63,828 bases of DNA, filler included, from Trichomonas gallinae (GCA_008369845.1; 8 parts of 8 records of this genome joined end to end with filler, not necessarily neighbours in it), one strand, 5' to 3'; counted from the whole stretch's first letter, positions 22,853 through 33,934 are shown. Notes: generated by a model from the letters alone, not told the origin. Numbers and translations: made by a program.

Positions 22853-23752
22853 TTAAACTTTATTTTCTGCAGCATATTTTGATGCTATTGCTGCAGATTC
22901 AAGAATTGCCTGCTTTGAAAATTTGTGTGATGTGAAATATTTATATTTTTGTAGCCAGAAGAAGCACAATCCAGCAACATGTATTGTAATCAATATCGAC
23001 CATATTAGGCTATAAACAGCAAGGAATGTACCAGCTTTTCCTGCTAGACTATCAATTGTGACCATCCAACCAATGGAACCAAAATCGAACCATCCAACTC
23101 CCAAGAAAAACATGAAGATGATAAAGATTGAATCAACAACAAAGAACTCTACAAATTTCAAAGCTTTTTGTGCCATCAATGATATATACAACGTGTAGAA
23201 ATCGAGCTCAAGAAGGATTGGAATGGCACAAATCAGATAAAGAGAACTATAAACTAAACTGGCTGCTGGTGACTTCATCGATCCACCATCAAATATAGCA
23301 ATCAAACATCCTACACAATTCAACAGAAGCAGACTGAATCCAACATAAACACTGTAAATTTGATGTTGCATCATTTTTCTTGCATCTTCAGGTATATCTT
23401 CTTCAGGATAATATTTATACCAATTCAAATAAATAGGAAAGTTTCTCTTATGTGTATTCAACTGATTATATGTTCCATTTGCTTTTGCTTCTTCAATCTC
23501 TCTTTCTCTTTGTGCAATTCGTTGTTCTCTTTCTGCCAAATTTCTTTCTTTTTCTATTAGTTCTTTCTCTGATATATAGACACCAGTTGCTGGATCTTTA
23601 TATCCTTTGTTATTTGTATCATTCATTGATTTTAATGATGATTTAGTTGATGTTTGCTGGCTTTCTATGTCATTTATCTTTTTGTTTTGATTTGTATCTG
23701 TTTGGTTAAATGGATTATATGAATCTGAACCAGAATCAAAAGGATTCGACAT
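22853..23752 (-). CDS. SCAMP family secretory carrier membrane protein
   Basis: Two N-terminal NPF motifs, coiled coil (EKERNLAEREQRIAQRE), RNFP motif, four TM segments. Confidence 0.85.
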   Translation of the reverse strand: MSNPFDSGSDSYNPFNQTDTNQNKKINDIESQQTSTKSSLKSMNDTNNKGYKDPATGVYISEKELIEKERNLAEREQRIAQREREIEEAKANGTYNQLNTHKRNFPIYLNWYKYYPEEDIPEDARKMMQHQIYSVYVGFSLLLLNCVGCLIAIFDGGSMKSPAASLVYSSLYLICAIPILLELDFYTLYISLMAQKALKFVEFFVVDSIFIIFMFFLGVGWFDFGSIGWMVTIDSLAGKAGTFLAVYSLIWSILITIHVAGLCFFWLQKYKYFTSHKFSKQAILESAAIASKYAAENKV

Positions 23753-24230
23753 CAATCAATAATGATGACTGTTATAACAAAATAAAATTTTGCGATCATT
23801 TGATCCAAAATTTAAAAATAAAATTTATAATGTTTGTGACGCATTGTATATAATTTTCACCAATCTCGATCTTTTTTCTGACATCCACAGAACAACTTCA
23901 TGAAATTGTGAGTGTAATCATTATCAATGTTTATATTATTATGATTTTTAAAGAATTCAAATATTGATTGAGAATTTAATTATTGTGAATTGGCATGAAA
24001 ATTTATTATATTTAAATTTAAATCAATATTATTATGTATTGACTCTGCTACTTTAGAGATGGAGGATTTTCCTAACAACAGCAAAATTCTAGTCATTATT
24101 ATTTATCGACACATCACTCTACTTATTTGACAAAAAATTTGTGGATAAGTAAAAAGAATCGTGATCACAATTAAAAAAAATTATTATTAGATGAATAACT
24201 CTATATTTACATAACATAAACTTAAAAAGA

Positions 24231-25466
24231 TTATTTTGCTTCGCCGTATGGGTTGTCGAGAAGTCTGTTGTGTTCTGCAAGTTCATTTTGGATGAAAGAC
24301 ACAACATCGTTGATTGACATCAGCATCAAATTCAGTCCTTTGTTGTTTTTGGCTGAATTTACAAATATATCAACGAGTTTGAAGGCTGAAATATATAGAA
24401 TGCTGTGTTCACGCTCTCTGGCTTCTTTAACAAGTGGTGGAACGAATAAAATCGCTGCTTGATTGCATAAATCTGGAATTATAGCCAAAATTTCAGCTAA
24501 ATGGATAACAGCAAGGTGGAAGAATGTATTTGCTGGATGCATAAACAGTGATGATACTATTGACTGTATAACATCCGTCGGTAAACTTGTTTTGGCAGCC
24601 GGAAGAATATTTGTAATCACATCGAGTGCGGAAACGTGTCTTGGGTATAATTTCTCTATTGGCGAAGGGAACAAGCTGATAGCTTGATAGAAAAAGACCA
24701 TGCAGAAAGATGGCTGCGTTTTCTTACAAAAAGATGCGATCGCATCCCATCTTGCGTCAAAAACACAATCTGGGACTTCAGCATCGATACTTAATGATTG
24801 CCAAACATCATCTGATACGAATTGCTTATCATACACGTTATTATCTATTGCAACTTTTATTAAATTGTACCAGGCAACTAATCGTGTTGTAGTTGGATCT
24901 AATGGATCGTTAAAATTAATTTGATTGATGTCAATTCTACGTATGTATTGAGAAATAAGAACTTCAAGATGTAAATTTTGAATTGCATTTCTATTTCGCA
25001 CAAAACGATCTGTAAACGTGTATATTGAGTTGTATAAATAATAAACAGCTAGATAGTTAACGTTATCGAGCAGTTTTACAAGAAGTGAACACGTTTGATC
25101 TGAATTTTTAACGGAAGCTGATAATGTTACTGTAAGGACCATCGAATATCTATTAATAACTAGCGTATTTATTTGTTCTTCTTCGAAAACACTCGAATAA
25201 TTATCTAAAAGTAGATTATTGTCAATGACATCCTGCACAAAAGCGTTGTTTATAACAGTGAGAATTTTATATGCAGTTAAAACATATGGTTTGTCGCCTG
25301 ATTTGATAGCGTAGTGAAATACTTTATTGATATTTTTCCGAATAATCCTATTCAAGATGTCATCACCCGCCTGATATATTGTGTAGCAGTAAGGATGAGA
25401 TAGGACGGATTTGAGAGATGGATTAGCTTTAATTAATTCAAGAAACTGATCATAAATCTCTTCCAT
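24231..25466 (-). CDS. Helical protein, possibly SAPS (SIT4/PP6-associated)-like
   Basis: ATG 25466; LFMHPANTFFHLAV resembles the SAPS FF.YPWNNFLH..V motif. Confidence 0.5.
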   Translation of the reverse strand: MEEIYDQFLELIKANPSLKSVLSHPYCYTIYQAGDDILNRIIRKNINKVFHYAIKSGDKPYVLTAYKILTVINNAFVQDVIDNNLLLDNYSSVFEEEQINTLVINRYSMVLTVTLSASVKNSDQTCSLLVKLLDNVNYLAVYYLYNSIYTFTDRFVRNRNAIQNLHLEVLISQYIRRIDINQINFNDPLDPTTTRLVAWYNLIKVAIDNNVYDKQFVSDDVWQSLSIDAEVPDCVFDARWDAIASFCKKTQPSFCMVFFYQAISLFPSPIEKLYPRHVSALDVITNILPAAKTSLPTDVIQSIVSSLFMHPANTFFHLAVIHLAEILAIIPDLCNQAAILFVPPLVKEAREREHSILYISAFKLVDIFVNSAKNNKGLNLMLMSINDVVSFIQNELAEHNRLLDNPYGEAK

Positions 25467-25836
25467 CCACAAAAATTTATATTATAACATTTTGACAAAA
25501 TTTTGACAATTTGTCTGATTTTTTGCCATTTACATTACATTACAATTTCATTTGGCATTCGATATTATATGATATAGCATTCACATAGAATATTATTATG
25601 TGAAATCTTTTCTATAGTATCTTTACAGAAAATATATTGGTTTCACTAAGATAGCTTCTCTCTATATTTTTTCTTTTTTCTTGTCAAAATAGACAAAATT
25701 TGACACAAGATCCTGTCAATTTAAATTTGCCTTTGGTTTAAATCAACGATATTTTCCCATTTGAACCAGTTTTATCTTTTAAAGCTGTTCTTTATTAAAA
25801 TATTTCATATCAAAACAAATAATAAGAAGAAAAATT

Positions 25837-27078
25837 CTATGATTGCATTAAAATGAAAACTAAATATAGAAGTTTGCTCATTGTGAATGGACATCTAAAT
25901 GGTACAGTCTTGCATTTCATGAATGTTTGGTCAGAATATAATGAAATACATGTATGATATTGACAAACATAACTATTCTCAACGATATTACAACCAATAA
26001 ATTTTGAGGAAGAATATGAAAGAGAAACATGAGCAGAAATTTTTGATGCAGCATTTATTGTGCCTGAAATGACATTGCTGCCGCAATAGTATATATCAGT
26101 TATATTACAAGTATTGAATGCTTCTGCCCAAACTGTTGTAATTTTGCTTGGCAGAACCAATTCTTTGATTGACGTTAATAAAAACACTGATATTCCTAAT
26201 AACTCGAGTGATTGCGGTAATATCAATGTTTTAAGCTTTTTGGATTCTGCAAAATTGGCATTTGATAGAGAAGTGAATTTTCCACAGCTTAAATCGAGAT
26301 ATTCCAAGTTGACGCATGATCGAAAAGTATGGCCTTCAACTTCAGCAATAGGCAGCCTTAATACATAACTAGAGAAAGATGAACCACTGAAACCTCTAAT
26401 TCCACTTATGCGTGTTGTAGTTGGAAGAATATTGAGCTCACAGTCTGATGGATAACCTATCAAAGTCTTAAAGTCATTGCTGTACAAAGCTTTGTTGAAA
26501 ACGACAAATAGTGGACTTTCTGAAAAGAATTCTGTTAAATTATTGCTGCAAATGAAAGCTCCTGACCCTATTTCTGTACATGTTTTTGGTATGGTAATAT
26601 TTTTTAATTTTGAGCTTATAAACATGTGAACGGAAAATGTCGTCATATTTTGTGGAAGCAAAATATTTTCAATTTGTGAAGCATAAAAATGATGCGTGCC
26701 AATAAATTCCGCGGAAGAATTAAAGAAATTGGCAAATTTTAGTTGTGTATTGAAGAAAGCTCTTTCTTCAACTGTTTGAACTGATGGTGGACAAATAAAT
26801 TCAGGAAAAATTGTATTTTGAAACGCATAACTTTTTATTATTTGTATACTATCTGGTAGGTTTATCGAATGGACTTTGCAATCAGAAAACGCTTTTGAAG
26901 CTACGCAGACAACTTTTTTAGCATTAATTTCAGATGGAACTGTGAGTATACCATCAAACTCAATTGAAATACAAGCTGTGTACCCATCTCCAATCTGTAC
27001 ACTATCTGATGTGTAATCAACATATGTGATATTTGTCTCTGCTCCTGTGTAGAGCAGAGCGCATCCAAAAAGTGACAT
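25837..27078 (-). CDS. BspA-like (TpLRR) leucine-rich repeat surface protein
   Basis: Repeated I.LP.S...I...AF..C motifs (INLPDSIQIIKSYAF, ITIPKTCTEIGSGAF, LYSNDFKTLIGYP); hydrophobic C-terminus. Confidence 0.9.
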   Translation of the reverse strand: MSLFGCALLYTGAETNITYVDYTSDSVQIGDGYTACISIEFDGILTVPSEINAKKVVCVASKAFSDCKVHSINLPDSIQIIKSYAFQNTIFPEFICPPSVQTVEERAFFNTQLKFANFFNSSAEFIGTHHFYASQIENILLPQNMTTFSVHMFISSKLKNITIPKTCTEIGSGAFICSNNLTEFFSESPLFVVFNKALYSNDFKTLIGYPSDCELNILPTTTRISGIRGFSGSSFSSYVLRLPIAEVEGHTFRSCVNLEYLDLSCGKFTSLSNANFAESKKLKTLILPQSLELLGISVFLLTSIKELVLPSKITTVWAEAFNTCNITDIYYCGSNVISGTINAASKISAHVSLSYSSSKFIGCNIVENSYVCQYHTCISLYSDQTFMKCKTVPFRCPFTMSKLLYLVFILMQS

Positions 27079-27741
27079 GATAACGTAGTTGCTTCACCAA
27101 TTGAAATAAAAAATCTTATTATTTAATCAATGTATTACTCATTTATAATATCAGCAATCGTTTAATATTTATTACAATTGATATCTATAGCAAAAAGCTA
27201 ACACAAGAAGACATCATTAATTAATGCTGCATGAAACGTACATCAACAAATAATCAAAATTTTGAAAAATATTTCAATGACATATACATTGAAATTGAAG
27301 ATTTGGAATTGTTGATTGAGCTTTGCGTTAGTAATGGAGTAGTGTCAAAAAAAAATTTTTTTTGCCATGTAAAATCATTTAAGGATAGCATTGGAAAAAA
27401 CCATGATGTCTTGGAGATATAACTTTAAAAATATTAAAGTCAATATAAATATAAGTTATAGATTTATTTTATATAAACAAATCAAAAGAGGGGGAACTCC
27501 CTCCACCTTTTCAGATCGCCTCGAAACCATGCATGTTGGATACATATGGTATAGGGGAATATGATCTCTAACGGCCACTTTCCTCGCCGTACGTTCGTTT
27601 TCGAGATAATTTGAATTAATTTTTTTTTTCATCAGAAGTCANNNNNNNNNNNNNNNNNNNNNNNNNNNNNNNNNNNNNNNNNNNNTTAATTAATTAANNN
27701 NNNNNNNNNNNNNNNNNNNNNNNNNNNNNNNNNNNNNNNNN

Positions 27742-28749
27742 TCCTTCAAGGGCTGCCACGATATCGTTGCCCCATGGAAGCCACCGGGCAAGCCATACAA
27801 CATCACATCAGTCGACTCCCGCATTGGTGACATCTCTGTAAAGATTGATCCAAGCAAAGTCGTTGCTGTTGTTGAATCCAATGCAATCTTCCCAGGCCGT
27901 TCAGTTAAGGGCGCTGATGCTACGGCTAAGGCTATTGCTGGCCATATTGTCGACTTCTTCCAGAATGAAGTCAAGCAGGGCCGTCTTCCAGAGAATCTTT
28001 ATCCACTCCAGTCCGGTGTCGGCAACATCGCTAACGCTGTCGTTGATGGTCTTAATGACTCTCCATTTGGCAACCTTACAGTCTACACAGAAGTTCTCCA
28101 AGAGGCTATGCTCCCAATGTTCGATTCTGGCAAGCTTAAATTCGGCTCTTCTACTTCTCTCACACTTTCCAAGTGGGACAAACTCTACGACAACTTCGAC
28201 TTCTACAAGAACAAATTCGTGCTCCGTCCACAGGCCATCTCCAACTCTCCAGAAGTCATTCGCCGCCTCGGTGTCATCGCAATGAACACACCAGTCGAAG
28301 TCGACATCTTTGGACACGCCAACTCTACACTTATCAACGGCACAAAGCTCGTTAACGGTCTCGGTGGTTCTGGTGACTTCCTCAGAAATGGATATCTCTC
28401 CATCATGCACTGCCCATCTGCCCGTAAGACAAAGACAGACAAGACAGGCATCTCATGTGTTGTCCCAATGTGCACACACATCGACCACACAGAGCACGAC
28501 CTCGACGTCATCGTCACAGAACAAGGCCTTGCTGATCTTCGTGGTCTTGCACCAGTCGAGCGCGCAAGGCTCATGATCGAGAAGACAGTTCACCCAGACT
28601 ACAAGGACCAGATGAGAGAGTACCTCAACCTTGCTATCAAGGCCACACAACCAAAGGGCGCTGGCCATGAACCACAGATCCTCTCCAAGGTCTTCAAGAT
28701 GCAGGAGAACCTCAAGAATAGGGGCACAATGCATCTCGACAGCTGGTAA
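27742..28749 (+). CDS. ASCT: Acetate:succinate CoA-transferase (acetyl-CoA hydrolase/transferase family), 5' truncated by gap
   Basis: Frame open from the gap: GCHDI, PLQSGVGNIANAV, TEVLQE, NGLGGSGDFLRN, DHTEHDLDVIVTEQGLADLRGLAPVERA; strong high-expression codon bias. Confidence 0.92.
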   Translation, partial: SFKGCHDIVAPWKPPGKPYNITSVDSRIGDISVKIDPSKVVAVVESNAIFPGRSVKGADATAKAIAGHIVDFFQNEVKQGRLPENLYPLQSGVGNIANAVVDGLNDSPFGNLTVYTEVLQEAMLPMFDSGKLKFGSSTSLTLSKWDKLYDNFDFYKNKFVLRPQAISNSPEVIRRLGVIAMNTPVEVDIFGHANSTLINGTKLVNGLGGSGDFLRNGYLSIMHCPSARKTKTDKTGISCVVPMCTHIDHTEHDLDVIVTEQGLADLRGLAPVERARLMIEKTVHPDYKDQMREYLNLAIKATQPKGAGHEPQILSKVFKMQENLKNRGTMHLDSW

Positions 28750-28839
28750 TTTTTTATGAAATAAACTTTCTTTTAGGATTTTGATGCTTCATATCAATTT
28801 ACACGAGAAGGGCCCCATCGCAAATAAAGTGCATTAGAC

Positions 28840-29350
28840 ATTAAAACAAGACTTTTCGCTTCAAAAAGTTTTTCGAATGATACCTTTATTCTGCGCATGC
28901 AGTCTGTAATGATTTGAAAACATTTGTGCATTATGTAGACTGCATACGCAAACTAGTTTACTTCAATGCTTTCGGGAAACTTGTATTTTATCGAAAACAT
29001 CAGTGCGAATATTTTAGCGCATTTCCTAGTTGCTACACTCACCAATTCGAATGTAGCAACTAGAATATTCATTACATTCACAAAAAAGGGAGAAAATTGA
29101 AATTAATTTTTTCCATTTTTGCGGTGGATGCTTTTATTCGTCTGTATATACACTCGGTATTATGTGAATATGTTTATAGATCACTTCTTACTGCATCTGC
29201 GCACGAGTTTATGTCGATAATTAAAGTTTCTTGAAAAGAACATCAATGAAAGCAAGTATTTTCGCGTTTTTCTGTTTGTTACACTCATGTATATTGATAT
29301 GACAACTTGAAAATGCGTTTAAATGCTTGATTTCATCAAGAATACTTAAG
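28840..29350 (+). ncRNA. Candidate structured non-coding element (chain of five hairpins, ~245-bp degenerate duplication)
   Basis: Stems 28866-77/28971-82, 28892-905/28937-50, perfect 12 bp 29026-37/29052-63, 29120-203 and 29221-349; wobbles mostly G-U on +. Transcription is not shown. Confidence 0.45.
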
Positions 29351-29409
29351 CATTAAAAATCTGACATTTTCACTTTACATGCGTCATTTTTATATGTCAC
29401 TTTTAAAAG

Positions 29410-31223
29410 ATGAATTTCCGAACGCTTCAATTAATCATGCTTTTATAACAAGATAATTGTTTATTCGTCAAAAAATCGCATTTATTGAACTGTTTTAATG
29501 ATGGAGCAACTTTTCTGTAATTGGAACCAGCTGAGCAATTTTTAAGCTACATTTACTAAGATATCAGACTGGTTCCCATATTGAGATTACTACTGAAAGA
29601 ATACAAAATCCGGAATCAGGTTTTGTCTTGTACCATATAATACAAAACAGTCAAGATGATGTAGATAACAAGCATTGTTTGATCTATCTCAGACAAATCG
29701 TCGCAAACATTATCAAAAATACAAACGAGGAAATTGTATAAAATTTATTAGCAGCAATTTTAGCTTTATTTAAACCAGAACTTATCGATTTACACGAAAT
29801 ACTCTCAAATCTTGTGAGAGCTGTTATAATGAGCCTAGATTAACCTTGGAGAATTTCATCGGACGAGCGTCATTAGGCGTGTTGTTTTCAATTTGAGCGT
29901 CGATTTCAATGTATGCAACGAACTTTTCTTTTCAAACGTTGATGATCAACTATTACTCGATAAACTTGTAGATTCAAGCATCCCTTTTGAGGAAAAGCAG
30001 CAACCGTTTTAAGATATTATCCAACATATTTTACAAAAAATGCAGAAGACATCTTTAACATGCTATTTGAAGGCATAACATCAGATGATATAACATTTGC
30101 TTCTCATTGTGCATATTAATTTTATCATCAGAATCCGAATTATTCTCAAGTTTAATTAAACCTAATTTCCAAAACTGCTGCGAAGCTGCGTCTCAGTTTA
30201 TTGCGAATTGCACGGACAAAATCTACGTTGTTAGTTAACTAAAGCAGTTCCAAGTGATCAAGATAACTTCGTCATTAATAGAATATTTCAGTAATCTTCT
30301 TGATAACCAAGATGAAGATTACAATGTAAGTGACTACCTTTTTAATGTTATTCAACTCAGCTCAGATGTATCAGGATTTGATGAATTATATGCATAACAG
30401 TATATCCTCTTATAAGGTCAAAAACATTGCTCTTAACAATACTTCCACCTGAGTTTTTCGTTCAGAATATTGAAGGTTATATTAAATGCATTGAATTAAT
30501 GCTGCAATTAACAAATTTGAGATGCGTATGCATAGCCTTAACAAGTTTTTCTGGTATAATTAACGAAATTTTGAATTTTGGACAAAACCAAAAAATTGTT
30601 CGAATTATTTTGCCAGTTGCAGAAAAATTCACTAAAAGCTGTGCAGAGAATGAAAGCGCAGTATAATCTTACGCATTCCAAGTTATAATTAATATTGCAA
30701 TCGAATTACACGCAAAAATGCTTTATCCTGAACTAGGACTGTCTTTAACAGAAAATTTTGCAAGAATGTTTGTCATGTCTTTGCAGGCTGTTGAAGATTA
30801 ATGATGAGAACATTTTTTCGCCAAGCATTCGGAAATCCTTAATGATGAGAACATAAGGATGATAATTCTAGCAAAGATACAAATTTGCTTTAAGCAATAT
30901 TGCAACTATCGGACATGCTCTGGATTATCCCTCACTTTCACAAGATTTATCAACGATATAAATTCGAGCAAAATGCTCCAGACCAAAAGGCACCATTATA
31001 CAAGAAACTGATTATGCAGTTCGCCATTCCTAAGGGTAAGAGAGATAAATTCGACAAAATAAAACTGATGTCAATCGGCATGTATATCAGACAGTTCCTC
31101 GAATCTCTTGGAGAAAACGCTGGAAGCTATTTAGAAAAGATATTCGGTGTGGATAGCATATCTGAGAAGCTTTTTGGCGGAGATGATGACTTATTGGGAG
31201 AATCATATGCAAAATATACTTAG
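29410..31223 (+). pseudogene. Heavily decayed HEAT/importin-beta-like gene
   Basis: Coding-like fragments broken by many stops and frameshifts (ERIQNPESGFVLYHIIQNSQDDVDNKHCLIYLRQIV; ORFs 30427-30666 and 30900-31223); GTCACTTTT precedes ATG 29410. Confidence 0.5.
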
Positions 31224-31627
31224 ATATTGATGGTGTATAAGCTGATTTGTCGCAAATGGTTATCGGACAGACGGGCGAGGAACGATTTTATATTTTTATT
31301 CATTTCCTATGTTTTATTCAAGTTATTTTATAACATTAAGATGCATTAATTGAAATTTTTATAAAAATTGTATGAATTAATTGATGTTAATCAGCATATG
31401 CAATATATGTACTATATTATATATTATTGATTCAACGATTTTATAAAGAGAAGAAATTAAACAAAAATAACACTTTCTTTGATATAATAAAAGAGTAAAA
31501 GGGTTAAGTTGGTTCCTTTCATTGTACACGAACGAAAATTCTCTAGAGTTTATCCAATTACATGATTACAAAGAAGCTAGTGATAGTTTTTAATCTATAG
31601 ATTTTTTTTTTTAATCTAAAAAACAAC

Positions 31628-32332
31628 TTATATGGTTTTAACATCTGACTGAACAGAAGAGAGCTTATTAGGCTCTGAATTTGAATCGTTCTGCATAACC
31701 GAGGGTTCTAATGCTAATACATTTCCGGCTTTGTATTGGTCTGCAGGTAAAGCCTGAGTATCTGTATTTTTGGTAACATCTTTATGCTCAATTTCCTTAT
31801 TTTCGCTGTCAATTGACGAATTTGGCCGAATAGTTTGTGGTTCAGGTTGAGGAGGAAGTGGCTCATTTAGTTCGTCATCACTAAGAGTTGCAACCTTCAA
31901 ATCTCCGTGTGGATCGATCTCAGGTGGTGGATGAGCGCTGAGTTTGTATAATCTTTTGCTAATACTAATAACTTTTTGAGCCCATTCTTGCTCTGGTGTA
32001 TCGGGGAAATGCTTCATCTTCTTGTTAAACCAATGTCTTGCTTCTAAAGCCATATCTGTAAATAAGGTTCCATCGCCATTATAGGCTTTTGCATTGGACC
32101 ATATCAATTCAATGTCATCCTTGAATTCTTGAATTGTTTTGTACTTGTCTTCAGATAGTTTCCGCTTAACTTCCACTAGTGCCATAGGTTTTGAAACGAA
32201 TTGATAGTAATCAGGCGCCCCATCTCTTTCAGGATCAATCAGCTGAAGAAATGGATAGCAAATCGGGAAAGAAATCAAGGAATTTAGGATTTCTTCGCAC
32301 TTAGTTTTTCGAAATCTATTGAAGGTCGTCAC
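31628..32332 (-). CDS. Bromodomain protein (apparent GTG start)
   Basis: PFLQLIDPERDGAPDYYQFVSKPMAL..V..KL...KY....F..DI.LIWSNAKAYN, with the conserved acetyl-lysine-binding Asn. No ATG upstream of the domain. Confidence 0.85.
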   Translation of the reverse strand: MTTFNRFRKTKCEEILNSLISFPICYPFLQLIDPERDGAPDYYQFVSKPMALVEVKRKLSEDKYKTIQEFKDDIELIWSNAKAYNGDGTLFTDMALEARHWFNKKMKHFPDTPEQEWAQKVISISKRLYKLSAHPPPEIDPHGDLKVATLSDDELNEPLPPQPEPQTIRPNSSIDSENKEIEHKDVTKNTDTQALPADQYKAGNVLALEPSVMQNDSNSEPNKLSSVQSDVKTI

Positions 32333-32396
32333 TTTTAAGAATGTCACTTTTATCTATCTGACAAATTTATTATTTTACGTGACAAATTAAAATTAA

Positions 32397-33425
32397 ATGC
32401 AACTAAAGAACTACCATATAGAGAGAGACTTTGATGGCATTCCGATGAACTTTATTTGGATGAAGTATCACCAAGTAAGGTTTGTCTCGTTCGGAATATG
32501 GTTTTTGGGCCTATTTTTAACAGATTTTACTGCAATTGTTAACACGCCACTCGATGGATGGACCGATGTCCTACAATACGTTAAAATTATCGCAATTATA
32601 CATATTACATTCCTCATCATATTCCAAATATACCTTCTCTTCAGGCATTTCACTGATATCGATGCTGATGCACCAAGCTGGAAGATGATCCTCCATTCTC
32701 TATTCGACATGAGCATTCACCTCGATATTGGTACTCTTGTATTTGCTTCAAGATTCTTAAAGCCTGATTATAATGCTGTGATCGTCGTGGAAGTCTTTAT
32801 TTTGCTGGATGCAATATTGACTTACTTCTTGACGCCATTTAAGAGATGGAGAGCCGCTGTAGATATCGTTGGAATCTTACCAACAGTAATTTTAGCTCAC
32901 ATATCATTATATCGCACGAAATTTAATTATATCATCGTCTTTGTTCCAATTACTGCTGTTCTCATCTGCCCGCTTATCTTTACAGTCTTCACTCTCAGTT
33001 TTTCAAACAGAATATCAAAGTTTTCTCGCAAATTAATTGCGTTTTTCGACCCTTCTCTCCTTCCAAACGCTATGATTGTTCCAAGCGGTCAGCAAGGCCA
33101 TGAATCTCTTATTGAAAACCTTAGCTCATCTACCAGATCTGAAGCTCCACAAATTACAGAAAGAGCAACGACAGGCGATGAAAATGACTACTTTGACTTC
33201 AAATCTGTACCATTTGCCTTCGCAGCTACTTTCTTCATTCACTTTGGCTGCTTCTGCAAAGGAATTCATAACAATACAATGGTTATCATGGCACATTACT
33301 TCCTTACACTTGCGATGATTCTCATTAACACTCGTGTTGTTGCTTTTCCAGCAATCATTCTCACAAATGTCATAGATTCTTCAGTTTCTTTCAACAGTGT
33401 TTGGCCAGAACTAAGCTTTGTCTGA
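32397..33425 (+). CDS. Hypothetical multi-pass membrane protein
   Basis: 342-aa ORF with about 8 hydrophobic segments. Confidence 0.75.
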   Translation: MQLKNYHIERDFDGIPMNFIWMKYHQVRFVSFGIWFLGLFLTDFTAIVNTPLDGWTDVLQYVKIIAIIHITFLIIFQIYLLFRHFTDIDADAPSWKMILHSLFDMSIHLDIGTLVFASRFLKPDYNAVIVVEVFILLDAILTYFLTPFKRWRAAVDIVGILPTVILAHISLYRTKFNYIIVFVPITAVLICPLIFTVFTLSFSNRISKFSRKLIAFFDPSLLPNAMIVPSGQQGHESLIENLSSSTRSEAPQITERATTGDENDYFDFKSVPFAFAATFFIHFGCFCKGIHNNTMVIMAHYFLTLAMILINTRVVAFPAIILTNVIDSSVSFNSVWPELSFV

Positions 33426-33666
33426 GTATGATGTATATGGCTCATATATATATAAATTTCATGGAATAAATAATATCTTTCTCGTTAATTTTAATGATGT
33501 TTATGAAAGCAAATAAATTTTCGCCTCAAAAATGTATTGTTATAAGCTATTATCATAATGTTTGATATAGATGAAATTTTATTGTTTATGACCAATTAAA
33601 TTTATGGTTGAAATTAAATTCGAATTTAATTTGTGTAATATAGAATTAATAAGTAGTTATATAATT

Positions 33667-33834
33667 TTACTGGGAAACGCCGTTCTTGCGTTCACGGACA
33701 CGGCGGGAGCGAGCACGGCGGGCATCGATCTGAGCCTGAAGTGTCTTTTCACGAAGGTTCTCAGCCTTGAGTGTCTGGATGTGCTCAACAAGGTTGCGGC
33801 GGTTACGGAATTCGTTACCCTTAGCCTTAAGATA
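33667..33834 (-). CDS. RPL19: 60S ribosomal protein L19 (eL19), C-terminal fragment
   Basis: Manual translation YLKAKGNEFRNRRNLVEHIQTLKAENLREKTLQAQIDARRARSRRVRERKNGVSQ*; missed by the ORF track. Confidence 0.93.
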   Translation of the reverse strand, partial: YLKAKGNEFRNRRNLVEHIQTLKAENLREKTLQAQIDARRARSRRVRERKNGVSQ

Positions 33835-33934
33835 NNNNNNNNNNNNNNNNNNNNNNNNNNNNNNNNNNNNNNNNNNNNTTAATTAATTAANNNNNNNNNN
33901 NNNNNNNNNNNNNNNNNNNNNNNNNNNNNNNNNN

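Noticed and set aside
27625..27641. CTGATGA on the minus strand as a hammerhead core
   Set aside because: It is followed by poly-A with no stem II/GAAA arrangement, and is cut by the gap.
28840..29080. H/ACA snoRNA call (ACATCA as H box, ACA after hairpin 2)
   Set aside because: The second copy lacks properly placed boxes and the hairpins are atypically long; left unclassified.
28840..29350. Structured 3' UTR or iron-responsive element of ASCT
   Set aside because: A TAAA poly(A)-type signal lies about 13 nt after the stop, so the mRNA probably ends before the hairpins; related elements occur next to unrelated genes.
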